Shown: positions 23,031 through 36,848 of the stretch, one piece after another
How positions within the stretch are numbered: position 1 is the first letter of the stretch
Layout: every line of letters starts with the position of its first letter
Assembly: GCF_963921235.1 (NCBI RefSeq)
Contig: NC_086108.1
Location: forward strand, 79,052,001 to 79,116,000
DNA from: Mobula hypostoma
Taxonomy: Eukaryota
DNA: 64,000 bases
Direction: 5' to 3'
The notes under the pieces: generated by a model
What the model was told of the DNA's origin: nothing
Databases searched by the model: none
What the model saw: only the letters and a program-made list of their open reading frames with translations
Position numbers and translations under genes: made by a program

Positions 23031-23919
23031 CTAAATATAAACTCTGGAATTTCTACCATATACCACAATACATTTAACTCTCTTCCTTTAAGGAAAATAT
23101 TTAATCAATTTTTTAGTTAACTTATTTATTTCATCATGGTTGAATGCTATTTTTTTAAAAAAAAGGTCAAAATGTTTCACAAGAAAGAGCATTAGCCAAA
23201 AAAAAAGACATAAAGCTACATTAGCCTATTTTGAGTAGATGGCGAAATAGATAAGTCAAAGTAAATGGGTTCTGAGTGCATTTTCAAACAGACATAAAGG
23301 GAGGAAAAAATCAGAGGAATTGTTGCTGAGCTTAGGCCATTGGAGAATAAGTTTTAGGAGTACTGGGAAATAAGGAGGAGGGGTACTGGACTGCCAGGAT
23401 TTCTCCTCTGGGAGCTCACATGGTCCAGAAAAAAGTTTTCTTCTATGTCATAATAATTAAGAGGTCAAAAACCAATCCCAGACAGCCCAGCTATGTGGCT
23501 GACTCTTGATTCCTCTTTAAAATGGCCTAGCAAGCAACAGAGTTGCAACATATTCTCTATGTTATAATAGAAAAAGAACCCATATATGGTAAAGTCACTC
23601 CTGGCCCAATAGGCTTCTCAAAAATACCTGAAGATGAGTGGAGAGTTGTTCTCTACCATAGTCAAGAGATGGTCTAAAATAGTCAAAGACATGGAAACAT
23701 ACCTTATGAATAACATGACAGAGTCCTCCATCACAATCACTGTTCTGCCCTATCCCACTATACAGGAGGGAGGATTATTTGCAAAAGTCCGCAACATTGA
23801 TTTTCAAAACAATGAGAACACATGAAATCATATTCAACATGGGCAAAAAAACCTCCCCCTGATTATCACCTCAGATGATGAATCAGTGATCCTCAATGTT
23901 GAACATCATTTTGAAGGGA

Positions 23920-23953
23920 TGTGTGTGTGTGTGTGTGTGTGGTGGTGGTGGTG
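23920..23953. repeat. (TG)n(TGG)n microsatellite
   Basis: Direct reading. Confidence 0.9.
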
Positions 23954-24929
23954 GGCTGGGGTATTTGGAAGGGGGTGAACTTCAATGCCCATTAACAAGA
24001 ATGGCTTGTCAGCACCACCAGTTTGACTGAGATACCCAAGTCTTGGAAGATTTAACTACCAGAATACATCTGCAGCATGCAGTCAGCAAACTGGAGGCTT
24101 CAATCTACTTGACTTCATCCTCAGGAATCAAGTTGTTCCTGTTGCATCTCCCACGTGGCATTGTATGTAGTCACCACTGCACTGCCCTTGCAGAGCCACT
24201 AAGGACACCTCCTGTACCATGTTGCTCATCTTTGCACATTCTGTTGGTACTGTGAAGCATCAGAAGTGGTAGAATTGTGTTCCACGGGCACCCCGTGGCC
24301 CAGCAAACCCTTTCATCTACTGTTGAAATAGGTCGAGGTACAACTTAGGATCAATAGAGTACAGAAGGTTACGCCAGGACCAGCACTAACATACCCAAAA
24401 CCCCTAAACTGGCGAAGATACAAAACAGTATTACAAGTGCGTGAAGCAGCAAAAGTGCACGAAATAAAAACGTTAGCAATCCCACCTCCACAAGATTAAA
24501 TCAAAGTCGTATAGCCCTGCTATATTTATATATGAATGGTGGACATCGCTGAGACTCTCAAAGTCAACATCCTTTGACCAGGAACTCAAGTGAACTAGCA
24601 ATTAAAATATAGTCGCTACAAGAGGCCATCCGACGTCGCTGGACGCCCCGCATCACCTCCTGACATCGCCATCTCTTGCCACCATCTACAGTTGCCAGAG
24701 AGACTAATTAATGTAAAACAGAACTGCCAAGGTCACAGCACCAATCCCTGCGTTTCACCACTGTCCAGGCCGCAAAAATAACTACTGTCCATCACCCTCT
24801 GCCTCCTAGCTTCTGGACAATAAGCCCAACTCCCTCACAAAAAAATATGATCAGCGATAGGAAGATACAGTAATTTTTGAAGGCAGTTAATCAAGTAAAA
24901 CGACATTCAAGGACCGTTGGAATTGTGCA

Positions 24930-25430
24930 AGGTAGGCGGCGCCAAAAATAATTATTCGAAATTATTTTGTAACTTTTATATTCGAACATCACATTTCACC
25001 TTGGATGATCTTTGATCGAAGTGAAACGGTTAACTCTCGCTCGGAAGGAAAAGTTCCTCCGTGAAGTGGATTGGCGGTAGCATCTGTTGCTTTCTGACAC
25101 ATGCGCAGCACGGGGGAAGCAGACGCCTGGTCCCGTCAGAGTATCGCAGCGTTCCGCCCGGCTCGCCCAGCGTCTGCCTTCAGGCAACTTAACTCTGGGG
25201 GGACTCAAGGAGCATTCGGCGTCTGGCGAGGTGAGTGTGGCTGGGCCACGGTAGACCGGACCTCACGTAGACAACTTTATCGCTATTGAAGTCGTAGCTG
25301 CCTTTTGTTCTTCCCCGAGGCGTGGCATCGCCCAGTCGTCATTGATTGCACCGCATGTTGAATACTGTGCTGAAAAAGCTCTTTTAAATCAGCTTTAGTG
25401 CACCTTTTATGGCGGCCGCAAACACGTGGA
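24930..25430. promoter_or_regulatory. CpG-rich non-repeat region, probable (possibly bidirectional) promoter
   Basis: High CpG density outside recognisable repeats; NRF1-like catgcgca at 25100; inverted CCAAT (attgg) at 25070; GC-box-like ccgccc at 25154; outward-facing splice donors. Confidence 0.65.
25110..25230 (+). other. elovl8: Probable first exon of the elongase gene (start approximate)
   Basis: Strong donor GAG|GTGAGT at 25230/25231 in the CpG island. The ATG-containing exon at 54732 has an acceptor, so an upstream exon is needed. Confidence 0.5.
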
Positions 25431-26364
25431 GAGCATTTCTTTTGGAAAAGTCTGTGGAACCAAGTTTTGCTTTGGGGATATTTAGATTGGGGCCGCTTTC
25501 CAGGGGTGGGGTGGAGAAGTGCCAATTCTTAAGATTTTCTTGAAGTTCAAGGATAATCGGTTTAACTGTGAATCCAGTCTTTGGTACAAGTTAATTATAT
25601 TTTTGGAACAAGTACTGGCTGTGTTGAGATGGTTGCAGGCCTATCGATGGCTAGTTTCCTGTTGGTGGGATGTTGGCACTAACAGCACACCAACCGGCAC
25701 CGCCTTGCCCTGGTCTCACATTGCTCGCTGCGATTAATCTTCCACCAGAGCATATTAGTACTGTACTCACGAAAGAGAGAACCGTTATATGTCGTTTTTC
25801 GGGATCGTGGGATGTTTTACAAGCATGTCCCAGCTGTACACGTTTATAGAAGTGCAGTTGTTGTGCACTATAGAGAAACGAGAAGTGCGACAAAGACAGG
25901 TCACTGCAACGTGATAATGTAATGTGTCTTCAATTACGGTGGTCGAGGATGGGCATCGCTGTGTCGAAGCCTCACATTGTTAAGTTCGTCTCTAGTTTGA
26001 GCTTTTTGACTCGAAAGAACACTGCCACAGCAGTTGGCAACATCTAAAAGAAATAGTTAACTTTTGCTCAGTGTACTCAATTGAAGTACATACACTCGGA
26101 TCGATGAAGAGACCAAACCATAGAATATGGACTTTGGTAGCTGAGATTATTAACTAACGTCATGTGAAACTTAAAGCTTGACAAGGAGGCTGGGAGGCCT
26201 GTTTATTGTGGGTGTTTATATTCCACACATGGCTTTGCCAGCTCTAATTGTTTGATGATGACTGCCCAGAATAACTTGATTTTTGCTCTTGACCACACCT
26301 ACCCTCTCCTCCCCCCCCCACCCCAGCAACCCTTAAGCGTTACCTGTTTCAAGCACAGCACATG

Positions 26365-26795
26365 GAATCAGAATCAGATTTATTTTCACTGACATATGCC
26401 CTGCAATCTGTTGTTTTGCAGAAGTAGTACAGCACAATACTGCAAAACTACAATAAACTACAGTAAGAATATATACGTTAATGAATAGAGCAAAATAGTG
26501 AAGGAGTGTTCATGGGCCATTCAGAAATGAGGTTTCAGAGGGGAAGCAGCTGTTCCTAAAATGCTGAGCATGCGTCCTCATACTCCTGTACCTCCTCCCT
26601 GATGGTAGAGTTGATGTGGGTTCTTCATAACAGATGCTGTCTCTTGAGGTAGCATCTTTTAAAGATGTCATTAATGGTGGGGAGGCTAGTGTCCATGATG
26701 GAGCTGGCTGAGTTTACAATCCTCTGCCTCTTTTTCCAATTCTGTGCATTGGCACCCCCATACCAGCCAGTGATGTAACTGGAGCGTTCGCCATG
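26365..26795 (-). mobile_element. Rex1-type 3' end
   Basis: (gaatca)n tail; similar to 8345-8725 and the reverse complement of 7490-7710. Confidence 0.7.
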
Positions 26796-28414
26796 GTAGT
26801 GAGTTCTACATTTTAACTGCTGTTTGTAAAGAAGTTCCTCTTAAATTATTTAATTTTTAGTGACTGCTCTTTAAGCTATTCAAGTTTAAGATCTTGAACA
26901 AAGAGGTTTAAATGCACTTTTTAAAAATTTGTTTCCCCTCTTTTAAGTCATAACTGTCTTGCCAACTTCTCTTCCTGTAGTTCTGAACATTGTATTGGTT
27001 GCTGATATCACTCAGGATGAAATCACAGACACTGTAATTTCAGGCATTTGTCCATGGGCCACTTTTCTGACCCTTTTAGCCAAGGTGGATCTATCCTTTT
27101 CTCTTTCAAGCTCCGTGGTGGAACACAGCATACATTTGGAATCAGGCAGAGGAGAGCGAGTGAAGGGCGAAGATAACGAAGGTTGGGCATATGATAGTAA
27201 CTTCGGTGATGGTATGAAATTCAGATGAAGAAGCTGCATGGGCAGATTTGTCAGAAAGAAGGGGGAAAGTATTGATTGAGAGTTACGGGATGCATCACAG
27301 AATGTGGATCAGCTGCAAGTGCTTTCCCTGTCACTTGTTATTTTCTGCTTGGTGTGAAGGGAACCAGTGTGCAGAAGAAATGCAGGACCTCAAGCAGATG
27401 AAGTGATTAAATGAGAAGGAGTAACTTTGAAAAGAGAAAGTTTACTCACGGAAGCATTGAATCATGAGCAATGCTGTGGGGGATGTTCTTTGTAAGCTGA
27501 AGCTATTCGTTTGCTTCTCTGAGCACACACATTCTTTGTCTCAGTTTGTCTTAGTGATCAGTGTAATATATGGAAATTTTACTGGTTTGATAGACAAGTA
27601 CTTATATAAAATTGATAGCTTGCTGGAATTGCTTGTCTAGCTCTGGGCTTGCCTTGTGAAAAAGTAATTAGTGTTCTATTGTTATGAGCCCTGTCAATAA
27701 AGCAATCTTAATGATTGCTTAATATGTGTATTTTCTTATCTAACTTGGAGTTTAGAAGTTGAATTGATAAATCTTGAATGGCGAATTTGAAACAGCATAA
27801 AGGAAGCCGTCCTTGAATGCTGTATGGGGACAGAAACATTTGGTATATGCTTGGGTAATGGTATTTGGCAATAAAACAATGTGGAAGAAGACCAAAATAT
27901 TAGTAGGATGACTGTAAGTTTGTTTTTCAGTTGTTAATATTGCTCTGCCTTATATATAATAATGGTATAATTATGTTTTGAATAGAATTAAAAATTACCT
28001 AGGCAGATAAATGACTTAAGAAATGACTTAAGGCCTATTGAGCCTGTTCTGCCATTCAGCAAGATCGTGATAAATCTTTTTACCTCGTACCATTTTCCTA
28101 CCCTTTCCCATCTTTTTGTTGATGCTTTTAATGTCCATCAGGTGCTTGACAAAGGGAATATTAACTGCAATCAACTTTACAACAAAATGATAAAAATGTT
28201 TCAGAAGAAAGCCTTTAACTATTTAGCTTTCCTATGTATACTGATTCTTGGTGCATTTCCAATAGACCAGAATCCTGTAGGCTGACTTTGTGCAACTTGC
28301 AAAAATCTTTTTCTCTGCCCATGCCATTAAGCAATTATTTGAATTCTGACTATTTTTGGAATCAAACAGCTTGGACTAAACTCTTCAGTCTTTATTTGGT
28401 ATTTCTAAATAATT

Positions 28415-28935
28415 GGAGACAAGATTGCAGATGCTGAAGTCTGGAGCAACACACAAAAAGCTGGAAGAACTCAAAAGGTCGAGTAGTATCAATGTAGAGG
28501 AACGGACACACAGTGTTTCGGGTCAAGACCCTTTATCTGCACTGAAAGATCGAGGGAAGATCGCCAGTACAGAAAGATGGAGGAAAAGGATGGATCAGGT
28601 GATAGATGGAGCCATGTGAAGCGGGAATGGAGTGATCGGCACATGGGGAAGTGGGATTAGTGGGAATGGCATCAGAAGCTTGGAGGTCATAGGTGGAAGT
28701 GACAAATGGCCGAGGAAAATAGAATCTGATAGGAGAGGAAAGTGGAGCATGGAATGAAGGGACTGCAGTGGGGAGGAAAACTAATTAGTGGAGAGTGTGG
28801 GTGACGGGCAAATAGAATGGATGAAGAGAAAGAGATATGGTGATAGGGCCCATGTGAATCAAGAGGAGTGAACAAAGAGGGGATAAAGGGACAGGGACAA
28901 GCACTTAACAAAAAATGGAGAATTTAATATTCATG
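28415..28935 (-). mobile_element. Old Penelope pLTR fragment
   Basis: tgcagatgctg...gcaacacacaaaaagctggaagaactca, decayed hammerhead, purine-rich tract. Confidence 0.75.
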
Positions 28936-29229
28936 GCTTCATTTTCACTCCCAGTCGTCTACTGCATCTCCAAGCCTGAATGCTTGAAACTGCAGTGAAT
29001 AGCTCTGAATTGCCTTACTGCTTATTTCTTGACAACTATCAATGACAAGTACATGCAATTGGTGCTATTTAGAACTGTTCACTAAAAGTAGTATCTACCG
29101 GCCACATGAGTGCATGTGACTGACTCTAGTTAGAAACTGGCAATATTCTCCTGTCCCAATTAAACAGCACAGTGTGCCAAATAAACAAAAGTAACCCTGG
29201 TTATTTTCTCAGTTAGTTTTTGTTCTGTA

Positions 29230-29602
29230 AGTTTGTTCATTATGTGTGCAGTGTCGTACGACAAAGGGGATCATGACTATGATTGTTCCTGGCAAATTTT
29301 TCAACAGAAGGTGGTTTGCCATTGCTGCCTTCTGTCCCGCGTCTTTACAAAACGGGTAATCCCAGCCATTAGAGATTGTCCGCTTGGCATCAGTGGTCAC
29401 ATAACCAGGACTTGTGATATGTACCCGGTGCTCATACGCCCATCCACCACCTACTCCATGGCTTCAAGTGACCCTGATCGGGGGTGGGGGGTTGGGGGGG
29501 GCAGGTGCTAAGCAGGTGCCACGCCCTGCCCAAGGGTGACCTGCAGACTAGCGGAGGGAAGGAGCGCCTAACCCCTCCTTTGGTAGAAATGTATCTGCAC
29601 CC
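29230..29602 (-). mobile_element. SINE-like retroposon, probably RTE-related
   Basis: gtggtttgccattgc motif and a cccttgggca SINE-type box on the minus strand; non-coding. Confidence 0.45.
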
Positions 29603-29609
29603 TGTTCTT

Positions 29610-29676
29610 TATAAGTTGTCCCAAGTAAGTGGCTGTTCTGATGAACCAATGGCCAAATTAACTGGAATCCACTGTA
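29610..29676. mobile_element. pogo/Tigger-like MITE end (second copy at about 31960-32021)
   Basis: Shared ttgtcccaa...aattaactggaatccactgta ending in CTG-TA. Confidence 0.55.
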
Positions 29677-30014
29677 TCAATAACAGCAATTGGTCTTAAT
29701 AATCTTGTGAGAACTTTTTAAAGCTTTCTCATCTTTGAGATTCATAAATGCTTTTTAGAATACTAGATTGCTAGGGAGAATGATAATTTAGCATGGACTA
29801 GATGGACCAAAGAGCCTTTTCTGTGTTGTAATATTCTGTGACACTAATAATGCTCCAAAAATGATTTTGCAGTTTAGAACTACACAAAATCACACGTCTG
29901 TGAGAAACACCAGTCAATGCTGATAAATGAAAGAAAGAAATGATATTAGGTATCTATCCTGAGCATCATCCAACTTGAAAGTAAATTTTATCAGAAGTAG
30001 TTTTCTTGAGGCCC

Positions 30015-30580
30015 TCCACTGACGGGGTCAGCCATGGATGCTGTATTCCAGCTGTCTACATGATTCGCAAGCCAGGGCAGTACAATATGGAGAGCAAGCT
30101 GTTGCCCATGATGCAAGCTCCCCCTCCCTCCCCACGAAGCTGATGAATCCAAAGGGACGGCTGAGGTTAATACAGTTTGGCACCAGTGGTATCACAGGAG
30201 TTGGCAGTCAGCATTAAACTGAACGTAGGACAGCCTTAGGGACTCCTACTCTGGATTTTTTCTTACGGTTACTCTTGAAACCTTCTCCATGAATGGGTAC
30301 AGTCCCAAGGCAGCGGAGGTTTGAAATTAGACTTTTCTTTCTCCTAGGTGAGCTGCCAACCACGGATGCCAAGCCCCATTTGCTCAAAGCGACTGGTTTT
30401 AAGGCACCAGTAACCTGGCTTTGCCCCTTCTCCCATCAGTAGAAATAGTTCCCCTGCACGTAAGTCCAGGAGCTGGACTTCGTTGTCAGAGCCTATTTGA
30501 GGTGCATGACATTGGGGGCATTTAATTGGTAGCGGGAGCTTGTCCCCACTATTGTCCCCAGATATAGCAACCTTAAGGAA
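30015..30580 (-). mobile_element. RTE-type 5' UTR-derived non-coding repeat
   Basis: Minus strand ggcagctcacctaggagaaagaaaagtctaatttcaaacc, resembling the RTE 5' region motif (recall). Confidence 0.55.
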
Positions 30581-30679
30581 ACAAAAGTATGTACATGTCA
30601 GCATATACTACTCTGATATTCATTTCCTTGCAGGCATTCATAGTAGAACAAAGAAATCCAATAGAATCAATGAAAAGTG

Positions 30680-31665
30680 ATTTATCAATGTATATAAAAG
30701 ATTTAGATGATGGAATAGGTGGCTTTGTTACCAAGTTTGCAGATGATACGAAGATTGATGGAGGGGCAGGTAGTGTTGAGGAAATAGGTAGGATGCAGAA
30801 AGACTTAGACAGATTAGGAGAATGGGCAATAAAGTGGCAACTGAAATACAATGTTGGAAAATGCATGGTTATGCGCTTTGGTGGTAGAAATAAATGTACA
30901 GACTATTTTCTAAACGGGAGAAAATCCAAAAATCTGGGTTGCAAAGGGACCTGGGAGCCCTTGTGTAGAACACCCTAAAGGTTAACTTGCAAGTTGAGTC
31001 GGTGGTGAGAAGACAAATGTAATGTTAGCATTCATTTCAAGAGGTCTAGAATACAAGAGCAAGGATGTGATGCTGAATCTTTATGAGGCACTGGTGAGGC
31101 CTCACCTTGAGTATTGTGAACAGTTTTGAGCCCCTCATCTTAGAAAAGATGTACTGGCATTGGAGTGGGCCAAGAGGAGGTTCACAAGGATGATTCCTGG
31201 ATTGAAAGGGTTATCATACGAGGAATGTTTGATGGTGCTGGATCTGTGCTTGCTTGAATTCTGAAGGATGAGAGGGGATCTCATTGAAACCTTTCGAATA
31301 TTGAAAGGCCTAGACAGAGTAGATGTGCAAAGGATGTTTCCCATGGTGGGAGAGTCCAGGACAAGAGGGTACAGCCTCAGGATAGAGGGGTGCCTTTTCA
31401 AAATGGAGATTTAGAGAAATTTCTTCAGCCAAAGGGTGGTGAATTTGTAGAATTTGCTGCCATGTGCAGCTTTGGAGGCCAGGTTGTTGGGTGTATTTAA
31501 GGCAGAGATTGATAGGTTCTTGATTGAACATGGCATCAAAGGTTACGGGGAGAAGGCTGGGAACTGGGGTTGAGGAGGAGAGAAAAAAAAATCAACCATG
31601 ATTGAATGGCGGAGCAGACTCGATGGGCCATATGGCCTAATTCTGCTCCTATGTCTTATGGTCTA
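30680..31665 (+). mobile_element. 5'-truncated CR1 LINE
   Basis: YIKDLDDGIGGFVTKFADDTKI...WQLKYNVGKC; tail atgtcttatggtct. Confidence 0.93.
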
Positions 31666-32389
31666 AAAACTACACATAAAGACTGACAAGCAACCAATAT
31701 GCCAAAGAAGACAAACTGTACCAATACAATAAAATAGTAATGATAAATAAGTAAATAAATAAAACTAAGAAGCTGACTTATAGTCCTTGAAGGTGAGTCT
31801 ATGGATTGTAGAATCAGTTCATTGTTGAGGAGAGTGAAGATATGCACACCGGTGCAGGAATTTAATGGCTGAAGAGCATTAACTGTTCCTGAACCTGGTG
31901 GTGTGGGATGTAAGTCTCCTGTACCAACGACGGTATATCTATCAATTCTATTTTGTTCTTTAAGAATTGTCCCAAATAAGTATATGATAACTGATGGGCA
32001 AATTAACTGGAATCCACTGTATTTCTATGCTTAGTTATGCTGATCCAATGTAATAAAGTCCAACTTAAATGAGGGTAACATTTAACTTTATAATTATTCT
32101 TAATATACTGTGTATTTTTGGCTTTCTTCTTCACGGGTAGCTTGTGATCAAGTCTGAGTGCATTCACTGTGGTTTTGTGGTGTCTGAATTAATGATTAAA
32201 TATTGATAATCAATATGGGAGCTAAAAACTCTTTCACAGATGCATCAGTTGGTGCCGATGTAATGGTGAGGTGGTTTATAATGTTTCAAAAGCTATTTGA
32301 GCAAGTTACTGTGACCTGCTTGTCATATCTGAAAGAGAACATTTTGATTCAACATTTTCCATTGTGCCAGAATTCATAACTTAATGGGG

Positions 32390-34930
32390 AGCAAGAATTG
32401 GAGGAACAAATTTGTAAGGAGATACCAGATATTTGTAGTAAGCACAAGGTTGTGATTGTGGGAGATTTTAATTTTCTCCACGTAGACTGGGAAACCCATT
32501 CTGTAAAAGGGCTGGATGGTTTGGAGTTTGTAAAATGTGTGCAAGATAGTTCTTTTGCAGCAATACATAGAGGTACCAACTAGAGAAGGGGCAGTGTTGG
32601 ATCTCCTGTTAGGGAATGAGATAGGTCAGGTGACAGAGGTATGTGTTGGGGAGCACTTCGGGTCCAGTGATCACAATGCCATTAGTTTCAATATAATTAT
32701 GGAGAAGGATAGGACTGGAGCCAGGGTTGAGATTTTTGATTAGAGAAAGGCTGACTTCGAGGAGATGCGAAAGGATTTAGAATGATTGGATTGGGACAAT
32801 TTGTTTTATGGGAAGGATGTAATAGAGAAATGGAGGTCATTTGAAGGTGAAATTTTGAGAGTACAGAATCTTTATGTTCCTGTTAAGTTGAAAGGAAAGG
32901 TTAAAAGTTTGAGAGAGCCATGGTTTTCAAGGGATGTTGGAAACTTGGTACGGAAAAAGAGAGAGATCTTCAATAAATATAGGCAGCTTGGAGTAAATGA
33001 GGTGCTCGAGGAATGTAAAGAATGTAAAAAGAATCTTAAGAAAGAAATTAGAAAAGCTAGAAGATGATATGAGGTTGCTTTGGCAAGTAAGGTGAAAATA
33101 AATCCAAAGGGTTTCTACAGTTATATTAATAGCAAAAGGATAGTGAGGAGTAAAATTGGTCCCTTAGAGAATCAGAGTGGACGGCTATGTGCGGAGCCAA
33201 AAGAGATGGGGGAGATTTTGAACAATTTCTTTTCTTCAGTATTCACTAAGGAGAAGGATATTGAATTGTGGAAGGTAAGGGAAACAAGTAGGGTAGTTAT
33301 GGAAATTGTGATGATTAAAGAAGAGGAAGTACTGGTGCTTTAAAGGAATATAAAAGTGGATAAGTCTCCGGGTCCTGACAGGATATTCCCTAGGACCTTG
33401 AGGGAAGTTAGTGTGGAAATAGCAGGGGCTCTGACAGAAATATTTTAAATGTCATTAGAAACGGGGATGGTGCCGGAGGATTGGCGTATTGCTCATGTTG
33501 TTCCATTGTTTAAAAAGGGTTTTAAGAGTAAACCTAGCAATTATCAGCCTGTGAGTTTGACGTCAGTGGTGGGTAAATTGATGGAAAGTATTCTTAGAGA
33601 TGGTATATATAATTATCTGAAGAGACATGGTCTGATTAGGAACAGTGTACATGGATTTGTGCGTGGAAGGTCGTGTTTGACAAATCTTATTGAATTTTTT
33701 GAAGAGGTTACTAGGAAAGTTGATGAGGGTAAAGCGGTGGATGTTATCTATATGGACTTCAGTAAGGCCTTTGACAAGGCCCCACTTGGAAGGTTAGTTA
33801 GGAAGGTTCAATCATTAGGTATTAATATTGAAGTAGTAAAATGGATTCAGCAGTGGCTAGATGGGAGACGCCAGAGAGTAGTGGTGGATAACTGTGTGTC
33901 AGATTGGAGGTCGGTGACTAGTGGTGTGCCTCAGGGGTCTGTACTGGGTCCAGTGTTGTTTGTCGTATATATTAATGAACTGGATGATGGGGTGGTAAAT
34001 TGGATTAATAAGTACGCAGATGATACTAAGATAGGTGGAGTTGTGGATAATGAAGTAGGTTTTCAAAGCTTGCAGAGACATTTAGGCCAGTTAGAAGAGT
34101 GGGCTTAAAGATGGCAGATGGAGTTTAATGCTGATAAATGTGAGGTGCTACATTTTGGTAGGACTGATCAAAATAGGACATACATGGTAAATGGTAGGGC
34201 ATTGAAGAATGCAGTAAAACAGAGGGATCTAGGAATAATGGTGCATAGTTCCCTGAAGATGGAATCTCATGTGGATAGGGTGGTGAAGAAAGCTCTTGGT
34301 ATGCTGGCTTTAATAAATCAGAGCATTGAGTATAGGAGTTGGGATGTAATGTTGAAATTGTACAAAGCATTGGTAAGGCCAAATTTGGAGTATTTTGTAC
34401 AGTTCTGGTCACCAAATTATAGGAAAGATGTCAACAAAATTGAGAGAGTACAGAGAAGATTTACTAGAATGTTAACCTGGGTTTCATCTCCTAAGTTACA
34501 GAGAAGGGTTATACAAGTTAGGTCTTTATTCTTTGGAGCATAGAGGTTGAGGGGGGACTTGATAAAGGTATTTAAAATTATGAGGGGGATTGATAGAGTT
34601 GACATGGATAGGCTTTTTCCATTGAGAGTGGGGGAGATTCAAACAAGAGGACATGAATTGAGAGTTAAAGGGCAAAAGTTTAGGGGTAACATGAGGGGGA
34701 ACTTCTTTACTCAAAGTGGTGGCTGTGTGGAATGAGCTTCCAGCAGAAGTGGTTGAGACAGGTTCGATGTTGTCATTTAAAGTTAAATTGGATAGCTATA
34801 TGGACAGGAAAGGAATGGAGGGTTATGGGCTGAGTGCAGGTCCGTGGGACTCGGTGAGAGTAAGAGTTCGGCATGGACTAGGAGGGCCAAGATGGCCTGT
34901 TTCCGTGCTGTAATTGTTATATGGTTATAA
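32390..34930 (+). mobile_element. Relatively young CR1 ORF2 (endonuclease C-half and RT) with several stops
   Basis: VGDFNF, LDLLLGNE, GSSDHNAISF, VPEDWRIAHVVPLFKKG, YMDFSKAFDK, GVPQGSVLGP, KYADDTKIGG. Confidence 0.96.
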
Positions 34931-35236
34931 TATCTGTAGAAGGAATGGTGAAATGTCAGTTCCTAAACTTGCTTTACTGTGTGATGGCCAAATGTATGAC
35001 CTTTAGCATGTAGGGCTTTTCACATTAACATTATAAGTAAGCTTCATCTGCAGTTTGGCCATACATTAAAAAAATTGCTGAAGCAAACGTTTTTCTCTGA
35101 TCTCAGTCCCAAATTATAAGTTTGATGACACCTCCAGCACCAAGTGTTTCTGCTTCACGGAAATTTCCTTTCTCCCTGCAGCAGTTAACTTCATCAGTAT
35201 ATTTATATATTTCATCAGTCCTGTTCCATCATCACT

Positions 35237-35693
35237 AGTGTGTGTCACTATTAGGCCACTGTCAGGTTGGAGGAGCAACACCTCGTATTCAGTCTGGATA
35301 GCCTCCTCTTGCATCTTCTCTTCTCCTCACATACCTGTCACGTCCCCCTGTTGCCCCTCCTCATTCCCTTTCTCCCATAGTCTTCTTTCCTCTCCTGTCA
35401 GATTCCTTCTTCAGCCCTTTATCTTTTCCACCTATCACCTCCCAGCTTCCCACTTCATTCCTTCTCTTCTCCTCCCCCCACCAAAAACCTGACTTCACCT
35501 ATCACCTTGTAGCTTGTACATATTCCCCTCCCACCTTATTGTGGCCTCTTCCCCTTTCTAGTCCTGATGAAGTGTCTTGTACCAAAACGTTATCTGCCTA
35601 CTCTTTTCCACGGATGCTGTCTGACCTGAGTTCCTCCGGCATTCTGTGTGTGAGACTCTGGATTTCCAACATCTGCAGAATTTCTTGTGTTTA
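35237..35693 (+). mobile_element. Penelope 3' fragment with decayed hammerhead
   Basis: RLEEQHLVF remnant, pyrimidine tract, ctgatgaag...aaaacgtt at about 35564-35592. Confidence 0.78.
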
Positions 35694-35694
35694 A

Positions 35695-36232
35695 AAGTTG
35701 GGAGGTTATGCTCCAACTTCAAAAAGCACAGTTAGGTTACACTTGGAGTATTGCACGCAGTGCTGGAAGGATGTGGTTATATTGGAGAAAGTGTAGAAGA
35801 GGTTCACCAGCGTGTTGCTGTAATTAGATGACTTCAGTTATTTGGAGAGATTGGATAGGCTGGACTTGTTTTCCCCGGAGGGACGGAATCTAAGGGGTGA
35901 CAAAGGTGTATCAAATTAGAAGAAATATGGATAGGGTAGGTTTTTCCCATGGTATATTTAAAAAAAAGGCATGAGTTTTAGGTGAGAGGAAAGTATTCTG
36001 TAAAATTTGAAGGGGAAAGTTTGGCGCAGAATATTTGATATCACCAGACGTGGTGGTGAAATCAGGTTCAAACATGTTTAAGAGACATTTCGACAGGCAA
36101 TTGACTAGGTGAGTCATTGAAGAATGCAAACCTAATTACATTAGTAGGCAGGGAGTTAGTCAGGATGGTTAAAAGATGGCATGGATGTGATGGATTGGGA
36201 GGCTCATATCTGTGCTGTATGACTATGACTCT
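35695..36232 (+). mobile_element. Old CR1 3' fragment
   Basis: LEYCTQCW and RRFTSVL remnants; (atgact)n tail. Confidence 0.7.
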
Positions 36233-36848
36233 CTTGTCGAATAAATGCTTGTTTATGATGTGATCATTCTGCCTTCCAGAGGAGCTGAGACACTGATAAA
36301 TGATAGTTTTTTATGGGTTTTGTTGTATGCATTCTGTGTTCGACTTTTTGTTCAAATCTTGGGGTGTGAATTATCTGTACAAAAGAATATGCAAACACAT
36401 ATCTATGAAAGGATTTTATGACTTTACACCTTGTCTAATGATTTTGCATTATTTCTCTTGTAGATGATCAAAGCTATTGATCACCTTGTATCAGGGAGAC
36501 ACATCTATATTACTCGTGGTATGAAAGTTACTTTAATTTTCTTCTTTTCTCTTTTTTTCTTCTGGCAGATTGGGTGACCCTTCTACAAATCTCCATTTCT
36601 TGAAAACCACCTCCCACGCTGAGATTCCATAATGTAAGCATTCTCCACGACCTCCCACTTGCTTCATCTTTCGTCCTCCTTACAAATAAATATAATTGCA
36701 CACTTTTAAAATATGTTGTTAATGTAATAATATACTTTAAGGCTGCATAAGTCTATTCTTGTGTGGTATACAGGACTACATGCTTGTCCTTTTATTCTGA
36801 ATGGAGGCTCAGGAAAAGGGGAATTATTACATCGAGTTTGGGTCTTCT

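Noticed and set aside
23600..24140. Very old LINE endonuclease remnant (NFNAH.QEWL)
   Set aside because: Too decayed to delimit or classify.
26941..27239. Minus-strand ORF with faint resemblance to a Harbinger Myb/SANT domain
   Set aside because: Key tryptophans are absent and the frame is broken; it cannot be supported without a profile search.
29490..29602. GGGCA...GCUUAG on the minus strand as a second HDV-like ribozyme
   Set aside because: No consistent P1/P2/P3 could be built; it fits a SINE cccttgggca box better.
30400..30580. Possible twister or HDV ribozyme at the RTE-like 5' end
   Set aside because: Core motifs are not present in this copy.
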